Made by a program: the position numbers and the translations under genes. The notes beneath the pieces were generated by a model. That model ran no database searches. It saw nothing but the letters and a program-made list of their open reading frames with translations, and had not been told where the DNA came from. Shown one piece after another: positions 25,150 to 39,066 of a stretch of DNA of 64,000 nt (positions within the stretch are counted from its first letter, which is position 1; every line of letters begins with the position of its first letter). The stretch lies in assembly GCA_001643675.2 (NCBI GenBank), contig LSRY02000048.1, positions 124,001-188,000 of the forward strand, in the 5' to 3' direction. Source of the stretch: Monocercomonoides exilis PA203. Taxonomy: Eukaryota; Protista; Preaxostyla.

Positions 25150-26980
25150 AATTTTCTGTTTCAATGTCACTTTCATTGTGAATGCTCGAATGTTTCATGA
25201 CTCTCAAACTTATCGTTCTGTAAATCAAAACAACTTTTTCATGTTTTGAACTATTCTCATTTACTTTTTGATCCGCAAATGTATGATCTCCTTCAAACGA
25301 TTCATCATATAATGTTTCTTTTTCACACTCTTCGAAGTTTTTCCTCTCTGTTTATTCATCATTATCGTCAGCGTCTTCAAAAAATTCTTTATTATCCATT
25401 TAATCTTTCTTTGATAACGATATATCTGTATTTTTTTCATTCGATTTCTCTGAGAACAGTTATCTTTTCCTTCTTCTTGAAATTCAGAAAGCTCAAGAAA
25501 TGACAATCCTTTTTTTGAACCACATTCGATGAGATCATATTCATCTGAGCGCAATCTTTTCCGCTTTTTCTTCAGTTTCATTTTCAGTAATTCAGAATTC
25601 TCCAGAACCCAATTATCAAAATTAGTTCCTGACTATTTCAAAGGAAATTTCATATTGTTGTTATCTTCGATTCGTTCAATATTCATCTGGCTGATTTGCT
25701 TGCGAATTTGACCTTCATCAAGCTTTGAATAATAGTAACTATCTTAAATAAACATTGAAATCCCACAACTCAAATATCCAGCTCCATTTTGATAAGGAAC
25801 AGTTGAAACTTGATAACTTCTAATGATGTTCTCGACATATTTTGAAAGTGTTGTGGGTGATAACTAAGCCGCTAATCGTTTTAATTTTTTTTTGAATGCA
25901 GAAAAAGTGGTTAGATCCAAAGGTGACAATAAATGGGAAGAATGAGCTGACATAATAAGTGGCTATACATTATTTAGTACTAATATATTCTTTGCTTCTT
26001 CGGACGTATGAGAGCTGTGCCCATCTGCTAGTAATAAAGTTTTTTCATCATGGTTTTTTTTGACACGGTTTATGTGAGGAATGAAGCAATCACAAAGCCA
26101 ATGAATGAATGCAATTGATGTGCTATAACCCTTTGGAGAAAATCTCATTTCCAGATCAACTCAAAAAAACATTTTGGAAAATAGTTTTTAGTACACAGTT
26201 TGCCTTTTGACATATAACATAGGAATTACTGTATGAACATGCAAAGGGATGCATCATATCAGCGATACCAAACTGTTCTCCGGATAAACCATAAACTTTG
26301 CTTATCCATTTTTAATTGCGATAGTGAAAATGACTTATTTTTCTTTGTGTCCACAAACTCATGGTAACCTGTTTCATTCATGTAAAATGTTAATCTGCTT
26401 GAACATTTGTTAATTTTAATTTTAATACGTTTTTGTGTTCATTTCCTTTCTCCTGCAGTATTTTATATCTTTTTGATTCAAGTACAACTGCAATTTGTTT
26501 TTTAAGGAGAGACTCATGTCTTCTAAGAAATGCTCTGCTGTAATTGAAAGTTAAATCTTTTTCGTATTGATGACAAACGTTATCCAAAAATGTTTTTTGA
26601 GAATGTGGATATTCTTTCCTGAAATTTCGAATGTTCAATTAAACTGATTCTAACTCTTTAACCTTTCCAAGTGCAGGTGGTTTTCCAGAAAACTTTATTT
26701 TTTGCGAAACATGTGTATTCAAAATTTCGAAAACTCGAGTTTTCTTCATTGGAGTCAACGATGCTATTGTTCAATAAGAATCGTTCTTCATCGAGTGTAT
26801 CACTAATGATGCAAGCAATATTTTCACAAGATCAAAGTTGTCTTTGAGTGAAGATCTTTCAATGTCACTGAAAACATTTTCTGCTGTTTACGGATTTATT
26901 TTATGAATAACCATATTTTGAACTGCTTAAAAGGTAACATCTGATGTGAACTTCTTTGCTAAACAATTTATTTCTTGCAT
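25150..26980 (-). pseudogene. pogo/Fot-like DDE_1 transposase relic (DD35D)
   Basis: SPKGY..FIHWL..FIPH..LLLADGHSSH-x-AHSSHLLSPLD with 35-residue spacing; many stops. Boundaries approximate. Confidence 0.8.
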
Positions 26981-27293
26981 TTTTCACAAAGAATGATCAA
27001 TCCCTTTTATTTTATATTTTCAACACATCATTGAAGATTTTTTATTAAAATAAAAAAAATACAAAAAATTTATCAATATATAAAAATGACGATCAACATG
27101 TGTTTGCTGTTGAAAAAATGCATGAAATCAAATAGTTAATGTTTCCATGAAAAAATTATTGAATCATCAAAAATAAATAATGCCCACTTTTTTGGAAGTG
27201 TTCACAAAAAGAAAAGTAACTGTTTTGTTCGTTTTGGAAATATTTTTGTTTGATGACAACTCTGAATAATGTCAATAACTTAAATATATATAT

Positions 27294-27549
27294 GGGTGAT
27301 TATTTTTGAAAACTTATTTTTTCAAAAATAATTTTCGGTCCAAAAATTTATCTGGAATATTAACATATGAACGTCGAAAAGTGAAAAGGCTTTTTGAAGA
27401 CATTATAATCTTTTATTCGGTTAAAATACTTGTTTTTAAAAACAATTATCATGCTTTTTCTCTTCGGAATTAAAATTTTCTTTTAAAAAACAAACAATCT
27501 TTGAAAAATCAACACACCGAAAAAGATATGATTTCAAAAATAATCACCC
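27294..27549. mobile_element. MITE family A, 256 bp (left palindrome arm)
   Basis: GGGTGATTATTTTTGAAA TIR; TSD ATAT. Confidence 0.9.
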
Positions 27550-28151
27550 ATATCTTAGCTTCCAAAAATCAAATATGTTTTCTTGTTGCGTTGTGATCCA
27601 AAAGAGAAATGTTAATGCAAAATAAAAAATAAGCTTTATCGATAAAACCATGCAAAGTTATTTCCGAAACAATAAATATAACAATTAAGTTTTTTTCAGA
27701 AAAAAGAAATTGTATGACATCTTCTTTTGAAAATATTCATTCGTTTACTAGCTTGTTTTTAAGTATCATCATTTCTTTCGAGTTTTGATCAAAAAATGTA
27801 TATCAATTTGAATTACCAAAAAATGAATTGTCACTTATCATTTGAATATGTTATGTTTCTGTTTTATAAGGAACGATTGTTTTGGTAATTCAAATTGATA
27901 TACATTTTTTGATCAAAACTCGAAAGAAATGATGATACTTAAAAACAAGCTAGTAAACGAATGAATATTTTCAAAAGAAGATGTCATACAATTTCTTTTT
28001 TCTGAAAAAAACTTAATTGTTATATTTATTGTTTCGGAAATAACTTTGCATGGTTTTATCGATAAAGCTTATTTTTTATTTTGCATTAACATTTCTCTTT
28101 TGGATCACAACGCAACAAGAAAACATATTTGATTTTTGGAAGCTAAGATAT

Positions 28152-28407
28152 GGGTGATTATTTTTGAAATCATATCTTTTTCGGTGTGTTGATTTTTCAA
28201 AGATTGTTTGTTTTTTAAAAGAAAATTTTAATTCCGAAGAGAAAAAGCATGATAATTGTTTTTAAAAACAAGTATTTTAACCGAATAAAAGATTATAATG
28301 TCTTCAAAAAGCCTTTTCACTTTTCGACGTTCATATGTTAATATTCCAGATAAATTTTTGGACCGAAAATTATTTTTGAAAAAATAAGTTTTCAAAAATA
28401 ATCACCC
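28152..28407. mobile_element. MITE family A, 256 bp (right palindrome arm, mirror copy)
   Basis: Exact reverse complement of 27294-27549, including flanks. Confidence 0.9.
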
Positions 28408-28739
28408 ATATATATATTTAAGTTATTGACATTATTCAGAGTTGTCATCAAACAAAAATATTTCCAAAACGAAAAAAACAAAAAAATAAAATGGAAACAC
28501 AAATTTTCTTCTCATAAATCAATTTTGAAAAGTGTGATTATTCACTTCAATTCGAAACAAACATTTACTGATAGATTATAAGTTGTCATTCATTTACAAG
28601 GAAGAATTATCATTTCAAACCTCCGTGTTTATGAGAAATAATATTTTTTTAAATTTGGGAAAATATTTGCATTTTGTGGGATGGATCTATTTTGATCGCA
28701 TTGATGTATCAACTTCCAGATAGCAAATCAAACATTTTT

Positions 28740-30205
28740 CAAAAAACAGAATTATTTATTGGCAATGAAGTAACATAGAATTGGATAATGAAGTTTATGC
28801 TATATGCAGTGAGCAAAAGGTGACATAAGTGTTGGAAAATTGTCTCCATAGAAGCAAGAGATAATTCAAGAAATTACAAGTGTCACAGATACGAAAAAAA
28901 CTGCTTCTTGTTCGAATTGACTTTTTTGAAAAAATAAAGCATACCTGTTGAGTCAATGATGATGATCTTTTTGAGTTTCTTTATCAGCATAGAAATATAT
29001 CAGTAAGTTTGCTAATTGATGAAACAAGACAAACTGTTGGGTGTTTTCATTCCATTGGAAGAGCACGCATGATTGGTTGCTGTTCAACATCATTTGAAAA
29101 GCTTTGTGGAACTGGAATAACAATCGAAACAAATGGAGCAATTCGACGATAAAGAAAGTTTCGAAAAGGAAGAAGAAAGAAACAAATATAGCTATTTGTG
29201 ATAATAGAAAGAAAGCATGATGGAAAGAAATATGAATGTTTGAAAAAACAAACGAAAAACAACAAAAAAAAAGAGATAGAAATATCAATAATCGAAAGTG
29301 ACACAATGCCAGGATCAACCATTTACTCAGATTAGTGTAAAGCCTACAGCTCATTGTCATCTTTAGGTTATGATCATCACACTGTTTGTCACAAATACAA
29401 TTTCGTGAATCCAGAAAGTGGCATATGCACATATTTGATTGAAAGCACTTGGTCAAGCTTACGAAAATCTCTTCCAAGAAATGGAATTAAAGAAAAATAC
29501 ATTGATGACTTTGTGACTAGCTTTGTTGGAAAAAGATCAGAAACACTTGAATTTGAAGATTATATTCAAAAATTACTTGTTTTTAAGCCCTTAAATGTTG
29601 AAAAAGAAATTGATGAAACCGAAAAAGATGAAACAGAAGTTCAGTCTTAACCGGATATAATCACATCGGTTTTTGCACAACTTTTTGTGACTATATCCGA
29701 TTGTGATTATTCACGATGCAACTTTACACAGAAAAAAACAAACATTCGTTTATTAATTAATTAATTAATGGTCAATTTTTTTATTTTTGAAAATTCAACA
29801 CAACCGTACGTTTTTCACTCGTGAAAACAATTTTTATCATGAATACGCATTATTTTGACTTATTTGAGCACATTTTTGAAAAAGCGAAAAATTAAAAATT
29901 TTGATCAAAAAAGCGATTTTTCAATGAAAAAATTACCCATAATAACAAAAAATGTGATTATATATTTTCTGCCCAGTGATTATATGCGATGAAAAATGAA
30001 TGAAAAACAAGCAAAAAATGTCGGTGCATCGAAAAATGTGACAATAAACGATGTTGATTATTTTCGACGTGATTATATCCGGTTTAGACTGTATCTGATG
30101 AAAGTGATGTGCCGGTTTTAAATAAAAATGATAAAGAAAAAGAAGATGAATCTGATTCTTTAGGAGAGGGCGATGGAGCAGATGCACCCGAGTATGAATT
30201 GCAAC
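28740..30205 (+). pseudogene. Merlin transposase relic interrupted by a MITE
   Basis: RKFRKGR, PGSTIYSD*CKAY, GYDHHTVCH, FVNPESG..LIESTW; the acidic tail resumes after 30091. Confidence 0.85.
29642..30091 (-). mobile_element. pogo/Tigger-type MITE (CAGTC..AACCGGATATAATCAC TIR), 450 bp
   Basis: Inverted relative to, and same length as, 53595-54044; TA on the right flank, TT on the left. Confidence 0.88.
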
Positions 30206-30625
30206 AAATTTATTATTTGATTCAAATTTTGATTCTAAATAATAAATATTTAATCACAAAATTTGTTTTGTTCTTTTTCGAAACACGGAGTTGGAAGTTA
30301 CTAAAAATTGTTGTTAAACAACAAACACAAAAATATTGAACACACAAAAGATGTATTTTGGTTGGAGTGAATTGAAACCTTCAGGTTGAATTTCGACAAA
30401 ACACAGTTGAAAACTGGATAAAAATTAAAAAAAAACAAAATGAAAAGATTAAATCACAACGAATTCATTTTCTGATAATTTAAATCGACTGATTCATTTG
30501 GTCAAAAAAAATTTTTTTGTTCGTTGGGGAGGAAACCAGGGCCTCACTCATCGTTTGATTTTTGTGATCTCTCATGAAAAAAACAATTAATTCTGCATCA
30601 AGACATTGTGTAACTACTGAAATTC

Positions 30626-31566
30626 GTGAGTTGGAAGATGTACATGCTAAACCAATTTTTTTTCATAACATTTTTGAACATTTCAAAAAGAGAAATAGAG
30701 CGAAGCCAGTTTCTTTCTTATTTTTCTATGAAAAGAGATCTTGCTGCAGATAAAAAAAGGAATAAACCTAGAAAATGTGGAAGATCAACTTTCAAAGACA
30801 ATTCAGACAAACAGTATTTAACCACAGTGATAATACATGATGCAGAAAGTGGAACATTTCTTTCATAAATAAAATAACACAAATGGTTTGTATTTCGCTT
30901 ATTATTATTTGTTCTAATTGTTTTTTATTATTCAGGAAAATGATTTGTTGAAAACAAAAAGAAAAAAAGGAGATGAAGCAAAAACTGTAGACAGACATTG
31001 AGTGAAACGATTTTTGTAAAGGTACATTGAAATTAGTCTTGCAAAACCTATTATTTTTGTTTTGAGTGAGAGCAGCCCACACTTTGAAATATTCAATCGG
31101 CACTTTCTTTGACAAAGTGAAAAAATTATTCCAAAGTATGAATCCAATTCCCCAGCTATTATTAAACTTTGATGAAACTTCCACTTTTTCATCCAAACAA
31201 CAACATGAAATTGTTGCTTTTTAATCCTCAACGCCTTCAACTGTTGTTTTTGATGTTCCCTTGTTAACTTCCACTTCAATTATCTTCATGACAAGTGCAG
31301 ACGGGTGTAGATATTTGACACCCATATTAATGCATTTTGTGAAACTTCCAGAAAAAAACAAGCTCGTAACAACTTCACACGAAGTGTTCATTCCTTCTTC
31401 ATCGTGTTATGAAACTTCAACTATTTTATTGGACTTATTCAAGAAGTGTGTAATAACAGAGATTAATAATAATAGAATTGCAGTGGGAAAGAAAGAAAAG
31501 AATGCAGTACTCATTATGGACTGTGGAGTGGGACATTTTCAACAGGATGGTCGAGATATAATCTAG
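30626..31566 (+). pseudogene. pogo-like DDE_1 transposase relic, 3'-truncated
   Basis: KCGR, LLNFDETS, IFMTSADG, AVLIMD; the third D was not found. Confidence 0.75.
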
Positions 31567-32049
31567 TTGACAGACGAGTTGAGCAAAAATATAAACATTA
31601 TATGAAAAACACTCTTTTTCTAATTATTTTCAAATTATTGTTATTTTTCGAAACTTTGTCTGTCACATTCAGTTTTGAAAAATACGAAAAATTTAAAAAT
31701 AATGTGTGAGATCATTGACTTCATTTGCGTCTTTCAGTTTATCCACATATGGCTTTCAAATATTGAAAAAAATCTGCTGTTTGTGTGCTTATTAATGTTG
31801 TGTATTTGTTTTTATCAATCTTTATTAAAAATATTTTGTTTTTTGTTTTTGAATTTCGATCGTTAACTTAATCACTTTCACTTGCACTCAGCACAAAAAG
31901 ATATGGAAATTTATTTCATGCAAACGCGTAAACTTGAAACGAATTGTTAGCATGTTGTATCAGAAAGATGAATGGTTATTATTTTAATTTTTCATTTTAA
32001 TTTTATATATTTCTATTTTTTGTTGCTTTTCAATCGAACTGAAATGGAA

Positions 32050-33060
32050 AAAAGAAAGAACTAAATGAGAGGCTATTAATAATATTAAACGAATGCCATA
32101 TTTAATTGTTTGGGATTCATCGGAATAGATTTTCATCTGTGTTCTCTACCTTTTGGATGTTGCATTGATCAAAGAAGGAAGAGAGGAAAAAAAATAAAAG
32201 AGTCGAAATGACTTTGAAGGCGCTGAGTTGCATTTTGAAGAAAAGAATGTGATTTGTTCATTGATTAATTTTTAAAATTGTTTAAGCTTCATTTATTGAA
32301 ATTTTTCCAGCATGATTGGAAAATTGAAAAAGATCTATAAATGAATGCAATCAAAGAGATTATCCAACGTAATCAAGAGCATTGCAATATCACTAGCCTT
32401 GCCTGCCAGTCAACTTCAGAGTTTTTGAACAAAAAAATTTTTTTTCTAACAAACGCTTCGAAACAGTTTATGTGGACGAACCTCATTTTTGCGAGAGAAG
32501 CAAAAAAAGAATTGGACAAGATGAAAAAATGAATGGAATGAAAAAGAATATCAGAGGAAATGAACTAAGAAGAAAAGAAAGAAGCAAAAATTATCATTTG
32601 ACACGTCCGAACAAAGAACTTTTTGATAATCAAAGCAAATATTAATGCAGTTTTGAATAAGTTTGAAACTGTGCATATTCATTTCTTTTTCTGAATCATA
32701 ATGCCATAAAAATCTTCGTTATTCTTTTCATTTGGTAATATTTCAATGAAAAGCATCAAGCTTGAAAAAGTTGATTTAGTGTTACAAAAACTTTTGCCAA
32801 AAAAAGAGAATGCGAATGATAATGATGATGGAAATATAGTTGTTGGAAGAATCATATTTGAGAAAATAACTAAGATAGCAACGAACAGCATCGTTGAACT
32901 TTTTCGAACAGGTGTTGACACAACAAAAATGGTCATCTACAAAACGAGAACCAAAAATGTGGAAAATCTATTTGTTGAGATAGAAAGGCTTTTTTATTCA
33001 AATTGCAGAATGGAAGGAACTTTGATTGTGTGTTTTAAACAATCACGGAGAAATTCTTAA
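32050..33060 (+). pseudogene. probable Mutator/MULE transposase relic
   Basis: TNAIFNCLGFIGIDF..LPFG/ALIKE, MNAIKEII..AC and TRTKNVENLF resemble the MULE core in the expected order; heavily frameshifted. Confidence 0.45.
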
Positions 33061-33213
33061 CGCACTCAAGAAAGGGCACAGATTGTTTGTATAGTTCACA
33101 CCTGCGGCTCCCGAGCCAGTTGCATTTGCTCTGTGAAATATCACATTCACTGATTTTTCACATTCAGAGTGGGAAACATATTTGTTAGGTGCACTAAGAC
33201 AGAAGTTCAAATA

Positions 33214-34214
33214 GGGTGATTTATAAACCCGAACATTTTTATAAACCCGGTTATTTTTTTTGTTCGTTGAAACAGAATAAATACAACATAAAAATACAAA
33301 AAGCAAACTTTTCCACGTTTATTTTACTATTTTATGGTAGTTCAAAAATTTTTTAGTTTCAATTTTTGTTTTTGATGAAGATCAAAGGATTTTTTTATTT
33401 ATTTTTGATCATTTGTTTTGCTCATTTTTAAGCAACTCTCTTTTTTTGTTTATTTTCAATTACAAGGTCATAAAACAAACATAATGAAGTTTTATTATTC
33501 AAAATATTTTTTGCTTTTTCTTATTTTTTCGATTGTTTTTCACATTTCATCATTTTTGACAAAAAATATGAAAATATGAAAATTATGAGCTGCACAATAT
33601 TTTTTTCTTATTAAAAATGATGTGCACGAAAAGATAATGATTTGCACAAAGCATTTTCTATGTTAAAACTTTGTGAAATGTTGTTGATCAAACAGCACAC
33701 ATCAATTTTTGATAATTACAAATATGCTCATTTCTTATTAAACAAAACTTAAAATGACTAATTATTAAGAATACCAACACATTATCATCTTTTTTACGTG
33801 ATATCGTAAAAACTAATTCTTTTAATAAAATATTAACTCGGAAATTTTCATTTTTTCAAACTTTTTGTCAAAAACGATGAAATGTTAAAAACATTCGAAA
33901 AAAAAGATAAAAACATAGAACATTTGGAATTATAAAACTTCATTCGGTATGTTTTATGACCTTGTAATTGAAAATAAACAAAGAAAGAGAGTTGATTTAA
34001 AACGGGAAAAACAAGTGATCAAAAATAACTAAAAAAATTCCTTTGATCCTTATCAAAATCAAAAATTGAAACAAAAAAATTCTTGTACTGTCATAAAACA
34101 GTAAAATAAACATATAAAAGTTTGCTTTTTATATTTTTGTGTTGTATTTATTCTGTTTCAACGAACAAAAAAAATAACCGGGTTTATAAAAATGTTCGGG
34201 TTTATAAATCACCC
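33214..34214. mobile_element. 1001-bp non-coding foldback element with about 375-bp TIRs (MULE-like architecture)
   Basis: Terminal GGGTGATTTATAAACCCGAACATTTTTATAAACCCGG is perfectly inverted and the arms diverge inward; TSD not convincing. Confidence 0.88.
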
Positions 34215-34231
34215 AAGTTGAAGAGCAATTC

Positions 34232-35550
34232 TTGCTGTATTTCAGATTATTATTTGTGAAAGAGTTTGCATTTCGTAGACACACGTCAGACTCGTACGCT
34301 GGAGAAGAGGATCTTCTGCTGATGGTTGTGAAATACAAAAGCGAGACGATCTTTGCATCTTCCACAATATGCAACAATGCAAATAGCAGGCAATGTGGAA
34401 AGTTCAACAAGCTCTGTGAGTTTCAGAATAAGGGGGTGCAATTCATCATTCTGTCTCAATACTCCTAGGTGTTGGTGCAGCTCCAGAAAGCCATTTGCGC
34501 TTCATATAAAACAACCACTGTGAATATTTTTTCGCTTGATGGAGTTTACATCCTCTGCTCTCGTCCACATCAAGCCAGCCTTCCAGCTCAATCTCGCTAT
34601 CATCTCAACCTCTGCAAATGCCTGGATCGAATGATTCGACTTTTTCTCCAGTCTGCCCTTCTTGCACACAGGCAGCGCTATTGTGTACAACTCCCACTGC
34701 CACCTTCCGCTCTCCTTTGTCCAGTTTTCTTCTTCAGCCATCTCGCCATCTGCTCATCCAGTGCTCCTCAATTCCTTCCAGCCAGCTATCGATGGTGGAC
34801 ACAGGACTGTCAACTGCTGCTCCGTCCGACAACTGTGTCAGCTTATCTGTTTTTCCTCTTCTCAGCTGGTGACTGTATCGTTCTTGCAAACATGAACCTA
34901 CGGCACCTTCAGCTGTCAGCTGGTGTCTTCGAGTTCCAGTAATGCCAGAGCGCCTTGGCACACTGAGTGGCAGCCGAGCATCTGGTATTTTCACAGGGCA
35001 GTGTCCTCTGCCTCCCAACCACTTTCGCATGAGACATTGCCTTTTCCGGATCATCTTTCCGCTACAACACAAACGCAGTCGCTAGAACCTATACCTTCTT
35101 TAATTGGCCTGTATTTTCAATGTCTTTTACGTCTGCACACGTGGACCTATCCAATTGCACTTGCTTGCAACGTGCCCCATTTTTTGGTTATGAAGAATAT
35201 GAACAAGCATAACAACTTCCTTTTACAATTTCGTCTCTGCAAGCAAGACAACAAAACCGTTGTCTTCCTCTTGATGCATTATCAGTAATGATGATGCAAA
35301 ACATGAAGATAACAGTTCCTCTACTAGCTACAGCCATTCTGATTGCAGCAATCCATCTTCCCGCCAAAACATCACCTGCTCTTATGTGGCTTTTCTGAAG
35401 CTGGCTTTTTTGAAAGGAGTATTCAAAGCGATATGCAACGCCTCCATATGGATGCTTTCCAGCGGAAACAAACTTGTAAACAAATCCTGCCAAAGACAAT
35501 CACTCTTCTTCATCACGGTCTTCCATTCTGCCCAAGAATCAAAAAATGAA
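34232..35550 (-). pseudogene. decayed host-gene relic (probably the Gly/Cys-rich family)
   Basis: GC-richer island with fragmented ORFs and GG-type motifs; weak. Confidence 0.3.
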
Positions 35551-36320
35551 GCAAACGAAAATGTTTAAAAAATGCAATATTCAAAGGATTTTCAAGGAGA
35601 GAACCTTTGTCAACACCATTTGTCATTCTGATTGGAAATAAAGAACCGAACTGGGCATAGGTGTATTTAAGGAACATTTCCTATCCTTGTTTATTCAATA
35701 AATCATTGTGATAAAGAATAAGTAGATTTAATAACAAAACATTTGTATGGACTAGAATTTTGAAATTCGTTTTGTTCCTTGAGAAAAATCAATTTTTTAA
35801 AATCACACATAAATCTGAGTATTTTTTCAAAATTTTGATAAAAATTGATAATTTTGAAACAAAAAGTTGATGAAAGGTCGTTTATTATTGTATACTCTTA
35901 TTAAATTAATTAATTTTTGAGAAATAAAATATTGAAAAAAACAAATAAAAAAATTTATATAGTTTGATCTATCCCACAATTATATTTTTAATATCAAAAA
36001 AATAAGAAATTACTTTCTTTCGTCAAGAATTGAACCCCAGCTTGTAAATCTGAGACAAATCAAATGTTTAGAAATATAATAAAAGTGTGCACTGGATGAT
36101 TATTAACATTTCATTCAATTCTTTTCTATTTTTGATTATGATTTTTAGGAAGATTATTTGCATGCAGTTTGAGGATGTTTATGTTACACAATGATGATCT
36201 TGAACAAAGAAGCTTTGTTGATACTTATGAAAGTATGAATATCATATGAATTAATATATTAATAGAATATTTTAACGATTTTCATTATTTATTATTTATT
36301 TTTAACTGAATCAATGTTGA

Positions 36321-38711
36321 ATGTTAAATGCAAGAAGATATTTATCGATGCAACAACTACTGCACAAGAAAAGAAGGAGAAGTGTATTTGTCTGCAAAAA
36401 AGAGGAGATTCGAATCTGGATTGTTGAAATGAAGTTCAATGCAAACACGGCAAAAGTGGGAAATGATATTTTCATTGATTACATCAAATCACATCCCAAA
36501 TAAATATGTTCTAATCATTAAATCCTTGATCTTATCAAGTGAATATCTTCAATGTATATAATACACATTTTATGTTAAATTAACAAAGTATATTGTTCAA
36601 ATTTCGTAAATAACAACAACCAGTTGAAGTTTCGCAATCAAAAGATGAAGTTTGGCAAGGCTATCATTCATCAAATCTCCATTGGTATTAGCTTCTGCTT
36701 TTTTTTTTGAAAACAACAACTTTTCAAACATTATGAATACTGGAAGCGGTGAAGGAGGTCTTACAAGAGTGTCATTAAAAAATGACGAAGATTTGATCAA
36801 TAAATCAACAAATGCATTATCTTGTTCACTTTCATCAGGCAATGGAAAAGGAGGATTTTTGTATTTGAATTTTCAAAATTGTTTGAATGAGAAGCCATTT
36901 CTTTTTGATGCAGGAATTTCTTTTGAGAACAACAAAGCAGCCATTGGAAAGAATGTGTTCATTTTTGGAAAGGACTTCAACAGCACTGTGACAAACAATA
37001 CTTTCAAGTTCGATTACTCATCAATGAAAGATGATAACAATTTGTTTGTGGGAAGTGATAACTTTTACTCAAACAAAGATATGTTCATGTTTCTGATTCT
37101 ATACAGCTCAATTGAGATGTTTATCTCATCGGGTGGATTTGATGTCGAAAGATGTGGAAAAATATTCAAAAGTTATTAATGCGAAGGAAGAAAATATGAA
37201 GATACAAACGCAACGAAAACTCTTTTTGTGAAGATATTTCGAGAATCAGAGAAGAAAAAGTTTCAAGAAATTAATTTCATGGAAGTGAAGCTTGTCAACT
37301 GAAAATTTGGAAATGAAAAAAGCGAGAATAAAAGCAGATTCTGTAAGGATCATAGGTGGATAAGGAATATGAAGGACAAAGAAATACAAATTGATTGTGT
37401 AATAATGAAATGGTATTAATAATGCGCATGAGAAAAAGAGATGATAAAGAACAAAAGAGTTTAAATAGGATAAGTTGGTGAACATAATGCAAAGACTGAA
37501 GGAGAAGGAGTGTTGTTTGAGAGAAACGATCAAAGATAGAGATAAGTTGGAGAAGGATTGACAGATGAGAGAAGGAATTCTGGAACGCTGTTGATGAGAA
37601 GCGAGGGAATAGATGCAAAGTGGGAAACGATTCGATATTTTCAATGTGTATAAGTGAATATGTGAATGGAGGGGCATTGAAGCGTGAGGTAGCAGAAGGC
37701 CTAGTGGTTGTTGTTGAGAACAGCATATTTGAAGGATTCTCGGCAAGGTGGAATGAAGAAAAATGAGGAGAGATTTTCATAAATGCTGTTGAAAAGAGCT
37801 GCTCATATTGCTTTGGGGTGAATGGATGTGTGTTTGAGAGGAATAGGGCAGGTGAAGGGAAAGACGTGTATGCGGTCTGTGAGGATTTGAAAGCATCAAT
37901 TCTTTTGAAACGGTTTGAGATAGAGCTTGTGGGCAAGGATGGGGAGGATAAAGTGGAGCTGTGAGGGAAAGATAATGGAAGATTTTCAAGTGAGAGTGTT
38001 GATTTGCTTCTGTTTCTGGTGAAGTTCAGTGAAGATGAATTCCGTGGATCGAAGATGAACAGTTCGAATTTAAGGCAGAGAGTGGAATTGTGAATGAGTG
38101 AGTGAAAAGATGAAGAAAACAAGTATTTTGAAGATGCTTGCAAATGGACAAAATATGGAATTGAGAAAAGAAGGTTGAAATGTGAATGTTTCAAATTCAA
38201 TATTTGAGTGTAAAGAGATAGGTGTTGTTTGATGTGAATGTTTGCTCATCCACTGAACAAGATTATGAATATGTTTGATTCCTTTGTTCGTATGGCGTTA
38301 TTTGAGAAAGTATGATTTTTTATTAGTTTTCCATTCGTTGTTGAAGAGAGCTAGAAAGAGATTAGTGTATTGTGTGATGAATGTTGAGCATGGGGGAGAA
38401 ATGGAGATTGAACTGACTTGAAAGGAGAATGATGTGTTGAGAAGTGCAGCTGCAGGAGGATGTGGTTGAAATGTAAATGAAAAAATAGAATAAATGAATA
38501 TGTGTGTAAGAGTTTGAGAAATAAAAACAGTTTCAGGAGAGGAATATCAAAGAACAATGTTTTAATGAGAACTGATTTGAGTTGTGTTTGTGAAAGGAAC
38601 AGTGCACGGAAGTTGTGGAATAACTATCTGGGTTGTTTGAGGAAGTGTGTGGAGTTGGAGAGTGATGTGGATACAGGTGAAAAGGAACTGGAAAAGAAAA
38701 AAGGAGAGTGA
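36321..38711 (+). pseudogene. large beta-helix-like surface protein family pseudogene
   Basis: MKFNANTAKVGNDIF, SGNGKGGFLYL, FENNKAAIGKNVFI, GFDVERCG; the distal part is full of stops. Confidence 0.8.
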
Positions 38712-39066
38712 AGTTTGTGAAGTGTGATGATGAGGCAAAACTTAATGCAATTAATGGTGAGATGATGTTGTTTTTGCGAAGAACTTGAATAACAAACTCT
38801 TTTATGAAATAACAGCTTTTCTTTATGTTTGATAATGAGAAAATTGTGGTTGAGTGATTGTATTCAATCTGATAGTTATTTCAAAATCGAAATTCAAAAA
38901 GAATCAATGAATTTCATTTCATTAACGCAATTCCAACTCTTGAAAATAACCTTTTCATATATTTCGATTATGTTCGTGAAAAGAAAAGGAATTTCTTTTT
39001 TTTCTTGTATTGTTTTATTGTGTTATTGTCAAAAAGTGAAGTGAAACGGTGTTGTGATAAATTCAT

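Larger units (their letters stand above)
27228..28473. repeat. perfect inverted duplication, 594-bp arms, 58-bp spacer
   Basis: 27228-27821 is the reverse complement of 27880-28473; no mismatch seen by eye. Confidence 0.95.

Noticed and set aside
1252-33060. Transposase strand polarity switching at the 27-28 kb palindrome (flamenco-like bias)
   Set aside because: The three Harbinger copies are not independent, the 22.9-kb relic and the 40-kb Merlin break the pattern, and the numbers are too small.
36020-36060. Second tRNA (T-loop-like GGGTTCAATTCTTG on the minus strand)
   Set aside because: No acceptor, D or anticodon stems.
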